Below, piece by piece: positions 23,400 to 30,947 of a stretch of DNA of 32,000 nucleotides. The DNA is from Candidatus Saccharimonadota bacterium (lineage in GTDB: Bacteria > Patescibacteriota > Gracilibacteria > UBA4473). Position 1 is the first letter of the stretch. Each line of letters starts with the position of its first letter. The notes under the pieces were generated by a model that saw nothing but the letters and a program-made list of their open reading frames with translations, was not told the origin of the DNA and made no database searches. Both the position numbers and the translations under genes were made by a program. Where the stretch lies: the NCBI GenBank assembly GCA_030429505.1, contig JAUIFI010000001.1, positions 210,001 through 242,000 on the forward strand. Reading direction: 5' to 3'.

Positions 23400-25700
23400 C
23401 TAAAGCAAAAACTTCGCCGGTTTCATGCCTTCAATTTGTTGGACAACCTTTAAATCTCCTGTGCGAATCTTTCCAACATATAAATCTTTGATATCTTTGC
23501 CTTGTTCTATAAATCGTTCTATCTCTTGATTCCCACGAAAATATAAAGAATCCTTGGTAAAAACTTGTTTCTGGCTAGTGTCAGTCAATCCACGTTTTAC
23601 TTTGACACAAATTTTCCAGGCTCGATTATCTGAAAAATCATATGTGTCTTTCATGAAGTGAAAAAGCTCACAAAATCCCATCTTTTTTCCTAAATACAAT
23701 GCCACAATAAAATATGCGGGTTTTAGAAATTTATATCCCAAATCAAGTTTAAGCTGATTTTGATTCCAAATAGCCAACCCCTCTTCGGTTTTAAGATACC
23801 CTGCAGTACCCCGTTCAAATATACGAAAAGGTTGTGATTTTCCATTTTCGAAACGAAATATATGTGTTCCTATCTCATGAACCAAAACTGCCTGCAATCG
23901 ATTAGCACGAAATCGAGCACCTTTTTTCAAAAGAATGACATGACGTTTCGTTATCTGAATATCAGAAATTGCATTGCTGAGAAATTTGATTTTCCAATGT
24001 GAGAGTTTGTAGCGTTTTAAAAACTGTTCAATCGCTTTAATCGCAGCGTTCGTATCCAATAAATCACCTTCTTCTGGACGATTATATTCTCTATTTTGTT
24101 TCAAGAATTTCAGAGCTGATCGATATGTATGTTCACTCACATCACCAAAAAGCTGGGCAGAAACAGATCCAAACGCTTTACTCCCAATTGATTGAAGCAA
24201 ATCAAGCTTTATTCCCAGTTCTTCGATTTTTTTCGCAAAAAGAGGGTACATAACATGGTTCACTTCAGGAATTTTTTTAAGCTCCCTTCGTATATGAGTA
24301 AAAGGGGTATCACACATCCGATATAAAAATTGAGGAGAAAATTCAGGATTTTCTAAAAATAGAGCTTTCTGTTCCAAAATATTCTGGGGATTGATAAAAG
24401 ATAAGAGATGAACTTTTTCATCCAATTCACAAACTTTTTCATCAACACTATGCATCATTTTCTCATCAAGTTGTGAAGTCACCACTTCCGGAGCCAAAAA
24501 TTCTACTTTTTTCGCAGGATCAATGTAAAAATCAGTTAAAAATTTGCCAGATAAAATCAAATCACAATCTTTTAAAACTCCTTTTTTAACCGGTATTTTA
24601 AGACGTTTCCCCTGAAGCGTTATATCGAGCATTGCTCCCTGGTAAAATTGAGTGCGAACCAAGTTCGTATCACACATCAAATCAACTTTTGCTTTCAGAA
24701 TATGAGGTTTCTCAGTATGTAATATTACCGACTCCATCATGCCAAGAACTGGTTTAAGTGGCAACGATTCATCGGTAGAAGGTTTGCGTGAAAAAAGCTT
24801 TTTGGCTATATCGACTCCTTCCTCGGAAGTCATAACTTTAAGATCATGAATTTTTTCGAGTCTTTTTTTGAGAGGAGCTTTATTTGCTATCTGGATTTTG
24901 GTACCAGATAAAGCATTAATTTCCAATACTTTTACTCCAGGTTTTGTCACTACAAGATCTATTCCTAGGTACCCAATACCAGAAAAATTCTGCACCTGAG
25001 AAGCTGTAAGTAAAATTTCATCCCAAAAAGGAATTTGAAACCCTTTAATGCGGTGTCCGTTTGGCATTTTTTGAATTCTACTAAAATTTTGAGCTCCGAA
25101 TGTAGTTTGACCGCTACCAATATCAATACCCACACCTATAGCCCCTAACTCCATATTAGCCTTTCCTTCTGAATCATAGGTTGGAATACGTATCATGGCC
25201 ATAACTGGGACCAAATTAAACACAATAACTCGAATATCCGGAAGTCCCACACTACTCAGATGCCGAAAGTCTGGATGTGGTTCTAATCGTTCTTCAAAAA
25301 GAATCGTATCATGAATTCCTGCGGGAGAGTACTTTCCATCCAAAATTTCAATACTATGTCGGTAAAGTCCCTGCACATCAAATTTTTTTCCAGACGGGCT
25401 AACCCAAGAATGTTTTTGTTTTTTTTCGAGTACCAATATACCTTCTCCTCCAGATCCCTGATTAGGTTTAACTGCAAAACAAGGGGGAAGTGTACTAAAA
25501 AAATCAGATGTAAGTTGTCTATGATTAACAACGTGATGATAGAGTTTTGCGACACTTATTCCTCGAGATTCAAGAAAATGCTTAGAGAAAATCTTATCCC
25601 GAGAAAATTTCCTCTGAGATAGGGAGTTATAGCGCATCACATATTGGAGATTGCGAGCGTTGAGTCCCAGTATGTCTTTCGCTTTAGAAAAAGAAAACAT
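23400..25700 (-). CDS. Tri-domain fusion: RimK-related ATP-grasp amino-acid ligase (alpha-L-glutamate-ligase-like) + degenerate retropepsin-like (RimK-associated 'Zn_protease') module + MATCAP/DUF1704 QEGLA-family metallocarboxypeptidase-like domain
   Basis: Residues 1-290: ILGLNARNLQYVMRYN, FAVKPNQGSGGEGILV, GLPDIRVIVFNLVPVMAMIRIPT..SEGKANMELGAIGVGIDIGSG, GYLGIDLVV and VLEINALSGTKIQIAN match my recollection of the TIGR02291/ATPgrasp_ST family. Residues ~318-396: ILKAKVDLMCDTNL...LILSGKFLTDFYIDP resembles the PF05618 pattern (AKIDTGA...LLGR..L....LVDP). Residues ~430-766: HEIGTH (HExxxH, nt 23862-23879) followed by GYLKTEEGLA (QEGLA-like, nt 23772-23789), as in DUF1704/MATCAP. Confidence 0.8.
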   Translation of the reverse strand: MFSFSKAKDILGLNARNLQYVMRYNSLSQRKFSRDKIFSKHFLESRGISVAKLYHHVVNHRQLTSDFFSTLPPCFAVKPNQGSGGEGILVLEKKQKHSWVSPSGKKFDVQGLYRHSIEILDGKYSPAGIHDTILFEERLEPHPDFRHLSSVGLPDIRVIVFNLVPVMAMIRIPTYDSEGKANMELGAIGVGIDIGSGQTTFGAQNFSRIQKMPNGHRIKGFQIPFWDEILLTASQVQNFSGIGYLGIDLVVTKPGVKVLEINALSGTKIQIANKAPLKKRLEKIHDLKVMTSEEGVDIAKKLFSRKPSTDESLPLKPVLGMMESVILHTEKPHILKAKVDLMCDTNLVRTQFYQGAMLDITLQGKRLKIPVKKGVLKDCDLILSGKFLTDFYIDPAKKVEFLAPEVVTSQLDEKMMHSVDEKVCELDEKVHLLSFINPQNILEQKALFLENPEFSPQFLYRMCDTPFTHIRRELKKIPEVNHVMYPLFAKKIEELGIKLDLLQSIGSKAFGSVSAQLFGDVSEHTYRSALKFLKQNREYNRPEEGDLLDTNAAIKAIEQFLKRYKLSHWKIKFLSNAISDIQITKRHVILLKKGARFRANRLQAVLVHEIGTHIFRFENGKSQPFRIFERGTAGYLKTEEGLAIWNQNQLKLDLGYKFLKPAYFIVALYLGKKMGFCELFHFMKDTYDFSDNRAWKICVKVKRGLTDTSQKQVFTKDSLYFRGNQEIERFIEQGKDIKDLYVGKIRTGDLKVVQQIEGMKPAKFLL

Positions 25701-25756
25701 AACGACACGATAGGAAGTAGGAAAATAAAAAAGACATTAATTGGGGATAGAGTTCA

Positions 25757-27244
25757 TTATTCTTGAGCATCTTCTTGAAAAAGGGTTCGAAATTTAACGT
25801 ACTCACTAAGTCGTAACCCCGTAAATTTTCCGAGCCAAATAATTCCTAATATAGGAAGTACTATAATTTCAGGAGCTGACAAAATAGCGCTTTCTAGCCA
25901 TCCCCACGTTACTAAAAAATAACTCACAAAACTCACCAGCATAGTTTCTCCTGTTGAAATAAAAGCATACTTCATACCTCCGCTGGATTGCGCAGATAAG
26001 AATTTTTCTGATAGAGAAGCCATCACCAACATTGGAAAGATCGTCAGTGCCAAATTTGTAGAGACATCTACGTAAACCGCCACCGCTAGTACCAAGAAAA
26101 ACGAAAGTGCTAAAGCACTCAAAAGCAAACTTACCCGAGGAATATAAAGTAACTCTACTTTTTCAAACAAAAGCCGAATCAAATAACTCACCAGCATTAC
26201 TACTAAAAAGACAATCAGACCAAAATAAAACCCGAGCATCAAAAAACTCACCGTCAACATCAAAGGCGCATAAACCCCAAGTGTAAAGATACCTATAAAC
26301 TGACGAAAAAAAGCAATGGTAAAGGCAATAAAAGGTACCGCCAAAAGCAGATAAATAATATTTTGGGAAATACCACTTACCGCAAAATAGGTCATCAATC
26401 TTGAGAGAGGAAGCCATTCCGAAGTAGCAGTGCGTTCGTCAATAATACGATATTCAATAGCTCTTCGCCTTAATTTTTCAACCCCTTCGTCTCGAAAAAG
26501 AGGACTAAGGGCTTCAGAACGGGTCAAAAGTATGAAATGAGGCTTTAAAAGAGAAAAAATAGGTTGAATAAGCTTTGCTGCTTTTAATAAAGAAGTATCC
26601 AAAATCTGTACCCACATCTTTTCCTTTAAATTAAATTTATTTTCCTCAGATAGCTTTTGCCAAAATTGACTAAAGGCTTGAAGCTGAGTTACAGACTCCG
26701 TATAAAAAATAATCATATCAGCATCTTTAAAAGCTTGGATATTTTCTTGTACTTTACGAATCAATTCTTCTTCAGCTGAAAATCCAGTTTTGGTCTCCTC
26801 AGACACGATAGCTTTGAGCAAGATACCATAATGAGCTGCTTGGCTCACCAAAGAGTCCTTCATTTCATTGGAGTCTAGAACTAAAACCCCCTGTTTTTCA
26901 AAAACAACAATGTCTTGAAAAATTTCAGATTGATTTTCTCCTTGCTTAATTTCCAAGAGCACTTTATAGGTACCGGGTTTTTCATACATATGACCGATTT
27001 CTTGTCCCCACTTAGGATGTGTTCCATCCCCCATATCCCATTTGTAAACTGCCTGAGGGTATTCATCGAACAAAGTACTATCGGTTCCTGAAAAAAAAGC
27101 TTTTGATCCCAACTCTACAAATACTTCAGTAGTGATCACCGGAATTATTTTTTCTTCAGACGGCTCAAATACTTCTGAAACTTCTTCAGTTTGAGCATGT
27201 ACTGTACTAATGAGAAGAAATATGGAAAAGAAGTATTTTTTCAT
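25757..27244 (-). CDS. Membrane protein: signal peptide + PKD domain + uncharacterised ectodomain + C-terminal 7TM module of the type normally fused to an inactive transglutaminase (7TM_transglut-like)
   Basis: MKKYFFSIFLLISTVHAQ (start at M7; the TTG at 27262 or ATG at 27253 are alternatives). PKD signature YKWDMGDGTHPKWGQEIGHMYEKPGTYKVLLEI. The C-terminal ~220 aa hold about 7 hydrophobic helices and end in LGKFTGLRLSEYVKFR, which resembles the G.yTGLRL.E..RF terminus of that 7TM family. It lies 56 bp upstream of, and on the same strand as, the ATP-grasp fusion. Confidence 0.75.
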   Translation of the reverse strand: MKKYFFSIFLLISTVHAQTEEVSEVFEPSEEKIIPVITTEVFVELGSKAFFSGTDSTLFDEYPQAVYKWDMGDGTHPKWGQEIGHMYEKPGTYKVLLEIKQGENQSEIFQDIVVFEKQGVLVLDSNEMKDSLVSQAAHYGILLKAIVSEETKTGFSAEEELIRKVQENIQAFKDADMIIFYTESVTQLQAFSQFWQKLSEENKFNLKEKMWVQILDTSLLKAAKLIQPIFSLLKPHFILLTRSEALSPLFRDEGVEKLRRRAIEYRIIDERTATSEWLPLSRLMTYFAVSGISQNIIYLLLAVPFIAFTIAFFRQFIGIFTLGVYAPLMLTVSFLMLGFYFGLIVFLVVMLVSYLIRLLFEKVELLYIPRVSLLLSALALSFFLVLAVAVYVDVSTNLALTIFPMLVMASLSEKFLSAQSSGGMKYAFISTGETMLVSFVSYFLVTWGWLESAILSAPEIIVLPILGIIWLGKFTGLRLSEYVKFRTLFQEDAQE

Positions 27245-27340
27245 ACTCGACATTATGCTCAAAAACCCTCAAGAATCAAGCATTAAAAAAGAAAAAGATA
27301 CTTCCATTGAAAATGCTCCCCAACCACATACAATGCAAAC

Positions 27341-27772
27341 ATGAATGTTGAAATTTTTCGCATTGACTCCACTATTCCACTTCCAAAATATGAGACCAAA
27401 GGGTCCTTTGCCTTTGATTTTCTAGCACGAGAACAAACCATTATTGCTCCAAAGTCTCTGGCATTGATCCCCGGAAACGTTATTATCAAATGTCCCGCTG
27501 ATTTAGCTCTACTGATTTTGCCTCGTTCTTCTATGCCTCGTAAAAAATCACTCGTCTTTCCGCACTCTATCGGACTTATAGATGCTGATTATCATGGAGA
27601 AAAAGATGAAATTATGATTCAAGTATTTAATATCTCAGATGAAAGAGTCACAATCGAAAAAGGCGAACGCATCGCTCAAGGACTTTTTGTCAAAACTCAA
27701 TCAGTAAGCTTCACAGAAACTCACTCACCTGCTGAAATTTCTCGAGGAGGATTTGGCAGTACAGGAAATTAA
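27341..27772 (+). CDS. dut: dUTP diphosphatase (trimeric dUTPase)
   Basis: GSFAFDF, PRSSM, GLIDADYHGE (motif 3), ERIAQ, and the C-terminal RGGFGSTG (motif 5). Confidence 0.9.
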   Translation: MNVEIFRIDSTIPLPKYETKGSFAFDFLAREQTIIAPKSLALIPGNVIIKCPADLALLILPRSSMPRKKSLVFPHSIGLIDADYHGEKDEIMIQVFNISDERVTIEKGERIAQGLFVKTQSVSFTETHSPAEISRGGFGSTGN

Positions 27773-27773
27773 A

Positions 27774-28670
27774 ATGGATCTCAAAAAAATCTTTATCGAC
27801 TTTCTAAACCGGGAAAAACTTCTCGATAAAAAACTACTCCTTTCTATTTCAGGAGGTGTTGATTCACGTGTTTTATTTCACGTAGCTTTAGATTGCGTCA
27901 TTCCCACCAACATAGCAGTTTTTCACCTAAACCATAGAACGAGCACTTCTTCAGACAAAGCTATGAAATTCGTTCAAACACTATGCCAAGAATCAGAAAT
28001 TACTTTCTATGGTTTCGAAATAAAAAAAACACCCACATCTGATCGAGAAAATTTTTGGCGACAAGAGCGAAAGCGTTTAGCTAAAAAAGCACAGGAAGAA
28101 TATAGTGCTGATAGGATTTTAACGGCCCATCATGCTACAGACCTCGTAGAGACGATGCTTTTTCGTCTAGTAAAAGGAGCAGGAGTATCCGGTCTTTCTC
28201 CTTTTGATATATCGACAAAACCTTTCTGGGAAGTTCCCAAATCAGTTATTGAAAACTACGCCAAAGAAAAAAAGTTGGAGTTTGTCTTTGACCAAACCAA
28301 TGAAGACACGATCTTTGAGCGAAATCTTCTCCGACACAAGGTCATTCCACACCTCCGAAAAATCACACCAAATTTAGAAAAGGTTTTTGCTTCGGAATCA
28401 AAAATTTTTTCCGAAACAAACGATTTCCTTCAAGCTGAAGCTAAAAAGATTCAAAAAAATAGAAAATTATCCCTCGAAACCTTTACAAATCTCGCTCCTA
28501 TAATTCAAAAAGAATTTCTCCGTTCACTCTCTCCCAATGCCACTAGCTTCAATGATATAGCTGATTGTCTAAGGTGGTTACTCGGAAGCCCAAAAGGCAA
28601 TTCACAAAAAAAGTTGGGAGATGTAATTTTACAAATACAAAATAACCACATTACTTGGAAAAAGAAGTAG
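27774..28670 (+). CDS. tilS: tRNA(Ile)-lysidine synthase
   Basis: PP-loop LLLSISGGVDSRVLFH, LNHRTS, and AHHATDLVETMLFRLVKGAG. The ATG at 27774 follows the dut stop by 1 nt, so it is preferred over the in-dut TTG at 27753. Confidence 0.85.
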   Translation: MDLKKIFIDFLNREKLLDKKLLLSISGGVDSRVLFHVALDCVIPTNIAVFHLNHRTSTSSDKAMKFVQTLCQESEITFYGFEIKKTPTSDRENFWRQERKRLAKKAQEEYSADRILTAHHATDLVETMLFRLVKGAGVSGLSPFDISTKPFWEVPKSVIENYAKEKKLEFVFDQTNEDTIFERNLLRHKVIPHLRKITPNLEKVFASESKIFSETNDFLQAEAKKIQKNRKLSLETFTNLAPIIQKEFLRSLSPNATSFNDIADCLRWLLGSPKGNSQKKLGDVILQIQNNHITWKKK

Positions 28671-28697
28671 TAAAGGAGTTGAAAAAATAAGTATTTC

Positions 28698-28726
28698 TTG
28701 CTAATTATTGTTTTTTGTGTTATAAT
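28698..28726 (+). promoter_or_regulatory. Promoter with an extended -10 (TTGCTA-17 bp incl. TGT-TATAAT) for the orphan gene at 28755
   Basis: TTGCTA at 28698-28703, TGT at 28718-20 and TATAAT at 28721-28726. The spacer is exactly 17 bp. Confidence 0.65.
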
Positions 28727-28754
28727 AAAAGGATAAGATATAATATATTATCTC

Positions 28755-29690
28755 ATGAAAAATCTATTCTCATCACATTCAATGTTCGAGCAAAACACAA
28801 AATTTGTGTTTCAGAACTCAGGTCCGAAAAAACTAGTACCATTAAGACCAGATAGCCATTACAGAGAAGATGGCTTATTAAAAGATGAACATTACTACCT
28901 TAAAGGAGAAAAGGAAGTGAACAGAACGGAAGATCAGCGAAGAATAGATGAAGCACAAAGATTAGAAAAAGTAAATCCTCAACCTGCATACAGCGAAGTA
29001 AAGCAAGAGTTCGATCGTGTTGCGAATTTAGTTCAAACACTCGAAGCAAACGATCCAGGAGTAAAAAGAAGATTGATTGAGTTGCCAGCTCAAAGTAAAC
29101 TCAGAAATACACGAGTTTACTGCGAAGTTTATAACGGATCAACTTCTGTTTCATTCCATGTAAAAGAACTTACCACCGATGATCAAGGACATCCTCTGGA
29201 AAAAGATATTGCACTCTATCGACTCTATAAATCAACACATGATGATACATATGGACTTAATTCTGAAGTAGAAACAGTAATATTTGGTAGACAAAGAAAG
29301 ATGACAAGTCCAGATTGGGGAGTATTTGCAGTAAAGCGGGAAGCTAAATTTTCACAAGGGGAAAGATTAGGAATTGAAAGTGATCTCCTAGGAATGGATG
29401 TGTACTTGGATGATGCAGAAAATGCCGTACGAGAGATGCACGGGAATCTTAAAAAAGCCCCTGAAGAGTCAGCACGAAATACAATCGCATTTGACTTACG
29501 AAAACGAACACAATCTCTTCCATTTACCAATGAGGTAAAAAATGAGGTAGAAAAAGCTATTAATAGCATTCAAGGATATGAGAATGAGTTAGCAAATCCT
29601 CGTTTGAGTGATGATGAAAAAAGATTCTTACAAAAACTTATGAAACGCCAGATAGAATACGTTGATGGGCAAATAGAAAAAGCAAGGTAA
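28755..29690 (+). CDS. Hypothetical protein (311 aa), no signal peptide, charged/helical termini; orphan transcription unit
   Basis: An intact ORF bracketed by a strong promoter and a strong terminator. I recognised no family motif. Confidence 0.6.
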   Translation: MKNLFSSHSMFEQNTKFVFQNSGPKKLVPLRPDSHYREDGLLKDEHYYLKGEKEVNRTEDQRRIDEAQRLEKVNPQPAYSEVKQEFDRVANLVQTLEANDPGVKRRLIELPAQSKLRNTRVYCEVYNGSTSVSFHVKELTTDDQGHPLEKDIALYRLYKSTHDDTYGLNSEVETVIFGRQRKMTSPDWGVFAVKREAKFSQGERLGIESDLLGMDVYLDDAENAVREMHGNLKKAPEESARNTIAFDLRKRTQSLPFTNEVKNEVEKAINSIQGYENELANPRLSDDEKRFLQKLMKRQIEYVDGQIEKAR

Positions 29691-29738
29691 ACAAAAACGT
29701 AAAACCAAAATCCCTTTCTCTATGCAAAAATAAAGAAT

Positions 29739-29769
29739 AAAAAAGTTCGCTTGATGCGAACTTTTTTTC
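29739..29769. terminator. Bidirectional rho-independent terminator
   Basis: AAAAAGTTCGC-ttgat-GCGAACTTTTTTT: a perfect stem with an A-tract on one side and a T-tract on the other. It lies between the convergent 28755..29690 (+) and the small ORF 29787..29915 (-). Confidence 0.85.
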
Positions 29770-29786
29770 TGACAACTATCTCATGC

Positions 29787-29915
29787 TTACCAAATACTTG
29801 AAGCGATGATGATGGCTATCACGATAAAACCCACTACAATTCCACCATGTCGACGAGCAAAGCGATTGAACTTCACATCGATAGTTCGTCTGCCAATATA
29901 GATTTCTTCTTTCAC
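29787..29915 (-). CDS. Candidate small protein (42 aa) with a C-terminal TM helix; below the ORF-track length cut-off
   Basis: GTG start with GAAGGA ~9 nt upstream. Translation: (M)KEEIYIGRRTIDVKFNRFARRHGGIVVGFIVIAIIIASSIW. The stop TAA (29787-29789) is 18 nt before the bidirectional terminator. The overlapping listed 62-aa ORF (29776..29964) is Cys/Arg/Trp-rich and looks non-coding. Confidence 0.4.
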   Translation of the reverse strand: MKEEIYIGRRTIDVKFNRFARRHGGIVVGFIVIAIIIASSIW

Positions 29916-30055
29916 AGATAATATTCCTTCTGATTCTGAGAAATATTGCTAGAGATCTGTACATGGGAGATTACCGCGCAAAAACATCAAAAAATTTGCC
30001 GTCCATCCAACCAAATACAAACGTCTTTATAAGAAAAGAAACAAAAAAAGCAAGA

Positions 30056-30832
30056 CTAAACTTTTTCCTTCACAAGCTCGCCAATTAAAATCAATCTATT
30101 TTTGTTTGTCCCTACCGGTGTACATGTCATAAGTGTAATGATGGAAAGGTTTTCCGGCTGATCTAAAACCTCCGTAGCCGTTGGAGGAACGACTTCTTTT
30201 GCTTTAATGCGATATACATATTTTCGTCCTTCCCAAAAAACATGAATAATCTCACCTTCATGAACCTCATGAAGCAAGGCAAACATATCTTTATACCGTC
30301 CCGGATCCCAAGGATAGTACGAAGAATGTCCAGTCACAAAGAAATTCCCATTTGTTCCTGGTGCATGAGACACTGGATGGACAACGGCTCCATTACGCAA
30401 ACCTTCCTGAATATTAGATTCTAGTTGTTGCCAGTTTTTGTGATGAGGGACATTAACGAGCGGTACATTTTTTTGAATCCGAGGAATATATATACGATTA
30501 TCAGAAGGATATATATCCATCTTAGCAAAAGTTTGCTTCGCCTGATTTTTGGGCTTTAAATCTTTATTACGAAAAAGTTGTCGATCAGTCTTAATTTTTT
30601 CCAGTGTCAAAGGTTCGGCGGATTCGGAAGTCCCAAAATTATCTGCCAGCGAAACTACAGAAGCTTTGAGATTATTAAATTTAAAAGCAGTGATCTCAGC
30701 ATAAGCTGAGTAGTTAAGTCCCACATGCGCTGCTCCCCAGAAAAAACCAACACTCCCTGCAAAAAGTAGTGCATCCTTCCACAAAGCTCGTTTTTTCTTC
30801 TGCTTCAAACCAAACTGATTTTGTTCATTCAT
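30056..30832 (-). CDS. Sortase-family transpeptidase with an N-terminal membrane anchor
   Basis: TM anchor ALLFAGSVGFFWGAAHV. Catalytic His region NFFVTGHSSY, TLxTC-type motif IITLMTCTPVG, and the downstream Arg in NKNRLILIG. Confidence 0.85.
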   Translation of the reverse strand: MNEQNQFGLKQKKKRALWKDALLFAGSVGFFWGAAHVGLNYSAYAEITAFKFNNLKASVVSLADNFGTSESAEPLTLEKIKTDRQLFRNKDLKPKNQAKQTFAKMDIYPSDNRIYIPRIQKNVPLVNVPHHKNWQQLESNIQEGLRNGAVVHPVSHAPGTNGNFFVTGHSSYYPWDPGRYKDMFALLHEVHEGEIIHVFWEGRKYVYRIKAKEVVPPTATEVLDQPENLSIITLMTCTPVGTNKNRLILIGELVKEKV

Positions 30833-30889
30833 AGGAAAAAATAAATCCCCGCATTATAGCAGAAAAAAGAGCGTTATTCAAGTAATTAA

Positions 30890-30930
30890 AAAGAAAAAAG
30901 CGGATAGGATATTGCTATCCTGTCCGCGCA
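30890..30930 (-). terminator. Rho-independent terminator of the interrupted small gene
   Basis: The minus strand reads GCGGACAGGATA-gcaa-TATCCTATCCGC (12-bp stem, 1 mismatch) followed by TTTTTTCTTTTT. It begins ~18 nt after the TGA at 30948-30950. Confidence 0.8.
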
Positions 30931-30947
30931 AAACAGTTTGATTAACA

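Noticed and set aside
23396-23402. Convergent argS and ATP-grasp fusion genes ending 1 bp apart with no intervening terminator, considered as a possible antisense-regulation arrangement. The prmC/permease stops similarly overlap in TTAA at 8625-8628.
   Set aside because: Tight convergent gene ends are common in compact genomes. Nothing in the sequence indicates a specific regulatory function.
29776-29964. Listed 62-aa ORF on the minus strand downstream of the sortase gene
   Set aside because: Its composition (many C, R, W, H, Y; no hydrophobic core) looks non-coding. An alternative frame over the same DNA gives a clean tail-anchored 42-aa peptide that ends just before the terminator.
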